Assembly: GCA_965248835.1 (NCBI GenBank)
Contig: CBDFLJ010000002.1
Coordinates: 416,001 to 480,000 of the forward strand
Origin: Alphaproteobacteria bacterium
GTDB lineage: Bacteria > Pseudomonadota > Alphaproteobacteria > MPNO01
DNA: 64,000 nucleotides
Reading direction: 5' to 3'
The notes below the pieces were generated by a model that was not told where the DNA came from, did not search any database, and was given only the letters and a program-made list of their open reading frames with translations. The translations under genes were made by a program, and so were the position numbers. This document shows, in pieces, positions 60,789 through 64,000 of the stretch; position 1 is the first letter of the stretch, and every line of letters starts with the position of its first letter.

Positions 60789-62104
60789 TGTCCCTTCTAT
60801 TTATTACATCGGCCCTCCCAACGACGGCTCGGTTTTCCGGAACGGACATCAAATTGATTAGTGGATTTTGCAATCGACCACGAGCCAGCATCACCATGTT
60901 CATTTTTCCGGTTCGTGCCAGCGAACACTGTGCAAGGGCATGTGGATTCTGGCAGCGTCCATGTTGCCGCAGAGAGAAATTGATCGAAGCCCAGCGGAGA
61001 TAGTCAGGCCGCGAGACGCTCGTAACGATGATGCAGGCCACCGACCTTGGGCAGGGAAACAACCTTTCCGGGACTGGCCGGCTGAACGGATCGTCCATAC
61101 GGGTTGTCCTTGCCGAGCGACAAGTGGGTTCTCGAACCGTGATAATAGTCGAGGTATGAGCCAAGAATGCGCTGCAAATGCCGCTCGTTTAGGATGATTA
61201 CGTGGTCCAGGCATTCCCGTCGAAGGGTGCCGATCACAGGTTCAACATAAGGGTTTTGCCATGGTGATCGTGGCGCCGTGACAACCTCTTCGATGCCCAT
61301 CGACAATACGTGGTCCCGGAACTCGACCCCGTATACGGGATCTCGATCGCGGAGCAGGTATCGGGGTGTTGTTTCCCACGGGAATGCCTCTCGGATCTGC
61401 TGTGCGACCCACGCCATCGTCGGGTTCGCCGTTACACCGAAATGCACGATCTGGCGGCGCTCGTGGTGGAGCACGATGAACCCGAACAGGAGGCGGAACG
61501 TGGCCGTGGGGACCACGAAAAAGTCGATCGACGCCAGGCAATCGGCGTGATTTGTAAGGAATGTCCGCCACACCTGCGAGGGCGGCGAGGGGTAACGGAC
61601 CATGTATTTCGAGACGGCGGCCTGGGAGATGGAAAAGCCAAGCTTCAAAAGCTCGCCATGGATCCGAGGTGCGCCCCACCGTGTGTTCTCCCGCGACATC
61701 CGTCGGACCAGATCGCGGATCTCCCTCGACACCGGTGGCCGGCCTGGCTTTCCCCGCCGCGACTTCCATGTCCGGAAAAGCCTGAACCCCTTGCGGTGCC
61801 AACCGATGACGGTCTCGGGCCTGACGATTACCAGGGAGTGACGCCAGCCTGGCCATAGGTAAGACAGGATGACCCAGACAACCCTATCTGCCTTCCGAAG
61901 CGATGGCCGGGGCTTTTTCCGTTTCAGGACAGCCACCTGCTGGCGGAGGGCAAGGATTTCTGTGTGAAGCGCTGCGCGGCCAAGGACGATTTCGCGGAAG
62001 ACGGAGATGAGGATACTGATGATTTTGTGCATGCCGGAAAAGGTATCCGGTGGTGATGCGAAATTCCAAGGTTTCTAAGGCAGAGGAGATAAATGGGAGG
62101 GACA
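60789..62104 (-). mobile_element. Single-ORF integrase-core (IS481-related) element with TGT...ACA ends
   Basis: TIRs TGTCCCTTCTATTTAT / TGTCCCTCCCATTTAT (14/16) bracketing the integrase ORF. Confidence 0.72.
61004..62032 (-). CDS. Integrase core (rve, DDE) transposase
   Basis: WGAPRIHGEL, IDFF, RDRD, PWQNPYVE, TLRRECLDH, GGLHHRYER. Confidence 0.92.
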   Translation of the reverse strand: MHKIISILISVFREIVLGRAALHTEILALRQQVAVLKRKKPRPSLRKADRVVWVILSYLWPGWRHSLVIVRPETVIGWHRKGFRLFRTWKSRRGKPGRPPVSREIRDLVRRMSRENTRWGAPRIHGELLKLGFSISQAAVSKYMVRYPSPPSQVWRTFLTNHADCLASIDFFVVPTATFRLLFGFIVLHHERRQIVHFGVTANPTMAWVAQQIREAFPWETTPRYLLRDRDPVYGVEFRDHVLSMGIEEVVTAPRSPWQNPYVEPVIGTLRRECLDHVIILNERHLQRILGSYLDYYHGSRTHLSLGKDNPYGRSVQPASPGKVVSLPKVGGLHHRYERLAA

Positions 62105-62359
62105 GGTTCACGCACTTCCGGTTGCGCGGGTTTGCCCGGGTGGAGATCGAGTGGCAGCTCGCGACGTTGGCCTACAACTGCCGGCGGATACACCGATTGC
62201 AGGCCCCGGCCCGAGCGTAAAGACCGGAAAAGGCTACCCAACCCACGACCCCAACGTCCGCGCACCGCCGACCGACCCCGGACGCCGAAAAATGTCCGAA
62301 CCGGGCCCGCCGAACACGAACGACGCTACCGCAAGACCCTCAAGTCCGACAGACTGCTA
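62105..62359 (+). pseudogene. IS1182/IS5-like transposase C-terminal remnant plus element end
   Basis: FTHFRLRGFARVEIEWQLATLAYNCRRIH*, followed by end-like AAGTCCGACAGACTGCT. Confidence 0.7.
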
Positions 62360-62453
62360 AAGGACTTCTGATCCACCGTTGACACTGGGAGGATTCCAGT
62401 TGAAACTCTATGGGCTAAAGTCTTGCGACGCGAGACATGTCAGGGGCATACGA

Positions 62454-63440
62454 ATGAAAACAACCTCTGTGAGTATCGCGTTGGAACGGTATGATCGTCA
62501 CATCCCCTTCTTCATGGGGACTGTCGTGTTGCCGGAAAGCCTTGAGCTCATCCCTTTGGAAGTATCCGTCGGCATGATGCCGGGACGCCGGGACGGAATG
62601 GATCGTCACGGCCGGATGTTTCGCGATCACGCATTCGATATCTGTGAACAATCGCTATCTTCATACATTATGGCGAAAAGTCGCGACCTGCCATTTTCGG
62701 CGACACCTGTGTTCCCACGGCGGCTGTTCAGCCAAAATCAGATATTCGTTAATGTGGATGCCAATATACATACACCTTCAGACTTGATCGGCAAGAAAGT
62801 CGGGGTTTGGTCGTTTCAGAATACACTCTGCGTACTTTTGAAAGGCGACCTCAGGCGTGAATACGATGTGCCGTGGGCGAAAATACATTGGTATTCGCAA
62901 AATGAAGAACTCATTCCATGGGAACCTCGCAAAGAACTCTCCATCGAGAATATTTCGGGTGACAAGGGCCTGGGTCAGATGCTGATCGATGGAGATCTGG
63001 ACGCGATTCTCCACCCCGAACCGCCACCCGAAATCCTGATGCGGACCGATCGAGTGCGTCGTCTATTTCCCGACAGCCGCTCGGTTTCGCAACGATATTT
63101 CGAAAAGAACGGGTATTTTCCGATCATGCATGTGCTCAGCTTTCGGCAGGACATCGTCGATCGAGAGCCCTGGCTGCCGCTGGCGATAATCGATGTTTGG
63201 GAGGATGCGAAAGTCCAGGCGGACGCATTCTACGATGACCCTGGATTTCTCCAGCTCGCCTTCGGACGTTCCGAATATGAGCACCAGCGTGAAACGATGG
63301 GCGCGGATTTATTCCCGTCGGGGTTGAGCGAGAATCGACAATATCTCAACCGGTTCATCGACGACATGGTGGACCAGGAGTTGATCGATCGAGGGATCGA
63401 GGTCGAGACGCTGTTTCATGAGTCGACCTGGATGACGTGA
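62454..63440 (+). CDS. 4,5-dihydroxyphthalate decarboxylase-like protein (SBP fold)
   Basis: YDRH, FDICEQSLSSY, PVFPRR, DLIGKKVG, RRLFPD, FPIMH, GLSENR. Confidence 0.8.
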   Translation: MKTTSVSIALERYDRHIPFFMGTVVLPESLELIPLEVSVGMMPGRRDGMDRHGRMFRDHAFDICEQSLSSYIMAKSRDLPFSATPVFPRRLFSQNQIFVNVDANIHTPSDLIGKKVGVWSFQNTLCVLLKGDLRREYDVPWAKIHWYSQNEELIPWEPRKELSIENISGDKGLGQMLIDGDLDAILHPEPPPEILMRTDRVRRLFPDSRSVSQRYFEKNGYFPIMHVLSFRQDIVDREPWLPLAIIDVWEDAKVQADAFYDDPGFLQLAFGRSEYEHQRETMGADLFPSGLSENRQYLNRFIDDMVDQELIDRGIEVETLFHESTWMT

Positions 63441-63452
63441 AAGGAGCCGGGC

Positions 63453-64000
63453 ATGTTTCTCGAAAACTTTTGGTACGTTGCCGGCTTCCCGGACGAGTTC
63501 GACCGGAAACTGGTGGCGCGGACTTTTCTCTGTCAGAATGTCGTACTGTTCCGCACCTCGGACGGCGCGATGGTGGCGTTCGAGGATCGTTGCGCCCATC
63601 GCCGGCTTCCGTTGTCGCTGGGCAGGCTGGATAACGACACGGTCATGTGCGGATATCACGGCCTCGTCTACGACCGCACCGGGACATGCATCAAGGTGCC
63701 CGGCCAGAAGCGGATCCCCAAAGGCGCGCGGGTCCGGTCCTATCCCGTCGTCGATCGGCACGGCTATGTTTGGATCTGGATGGGCGATCCGGAATCGGCC
63801 GACGAGAGCACGATCCCGGATTTCAGCCGGTTGACCGACCCCAGCCTGGGGCGCCACAGGATCGCCCTTCACATCCAGGGCAACTACCAATTGATCGTAG
63901 ACAACCTGCTCGACCTTTCGCATCTTCCTTACGTCCACAGTACCACCACCGGAAACCCGCCCATCTCCGAAGATGCGACGGTGGCGAACGAGCGACACGG
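63453..64000 (+). CDS. Rieske non-heme iron oxygenase alpha subunit (VanA/TsaM-like), partial
   Basis: Hand translation MFLENFWYVAG...DRCAHRRLPLSLG...CGYHG...DNLLDLSHLPYVH; RBS AAGGAG; runs off the window. Confidence 0.92.
   Translation, partial: MFLENFWYVAGFPDEFDRKLVARTFLCQNVVLFRTSDGAMVAFEDRCAHRRLPLSLGRLDNDTVMCGYHGLVYDRTGTCIKVPGQKRIPKGARVRSYPVVDRHGYVWIWMGDPESADESTIPDFSRLTDPSLGRHRIALHIQGNYQLIVDNLLDLSHLPYVHSTTTGNPPISEDATVANERH

Overview
High-GC alphaproteobacterial chromosome segment (the 16S and the rrs-Ile-Ala-rrl-rrf-fMet layout look Alphaproteobacteria, probably Rhodospirillales-like). Bases 1-49.8 kb are about 40 densely packed, mostly catabolic genes with no recognisable transcription factor. 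They include (i) a divergent Mo/W-enzyme locus: an acetylene-hydratase-like enzyme, RidA and an aldehyde dehydrogenase on the minus strand, and a CoA transferase, SDR, PadB-like enzyme, fused PadC-PadD and hydantoinase A/B on the plus strand; (ii) otsB-GH15-otsA-glk; (iii) an acyl-CoA dehydrogenase/CoA transferase/Ich-like hydratase trio; (iv) SDR-amidohydrolase-UbiD-dehydrogenase; (v) Bug SBP, an orphan acetone-carboxylase-alpha-like subunit, an ADP-forming acyl-CoA synthetase and iorAB; (vi) an hmfABCDE-like furoate cluster whose Mo subunit has Asp at the catalytic Glu position; (vii) MFS, FAD monooxygenase and a ComDE-like decarboxylase. A complete rRNA operon occupies about 50.1-55.4 kb. 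After tRNA-fMet comes an island-like region: a frameshifted csp, a nest of IS elements (IS66 with a perfect 8-bp TSD inside an IS3, IS1380 and IS1182-like remnants, and a TGT...ACA integrase element), then a lower-GC dihydroxyphthalate-decarboxylase-like gene and a Rieske oxygenase running off the end. Family calls come from motif recognition and recalled reference sequences, not database searches.
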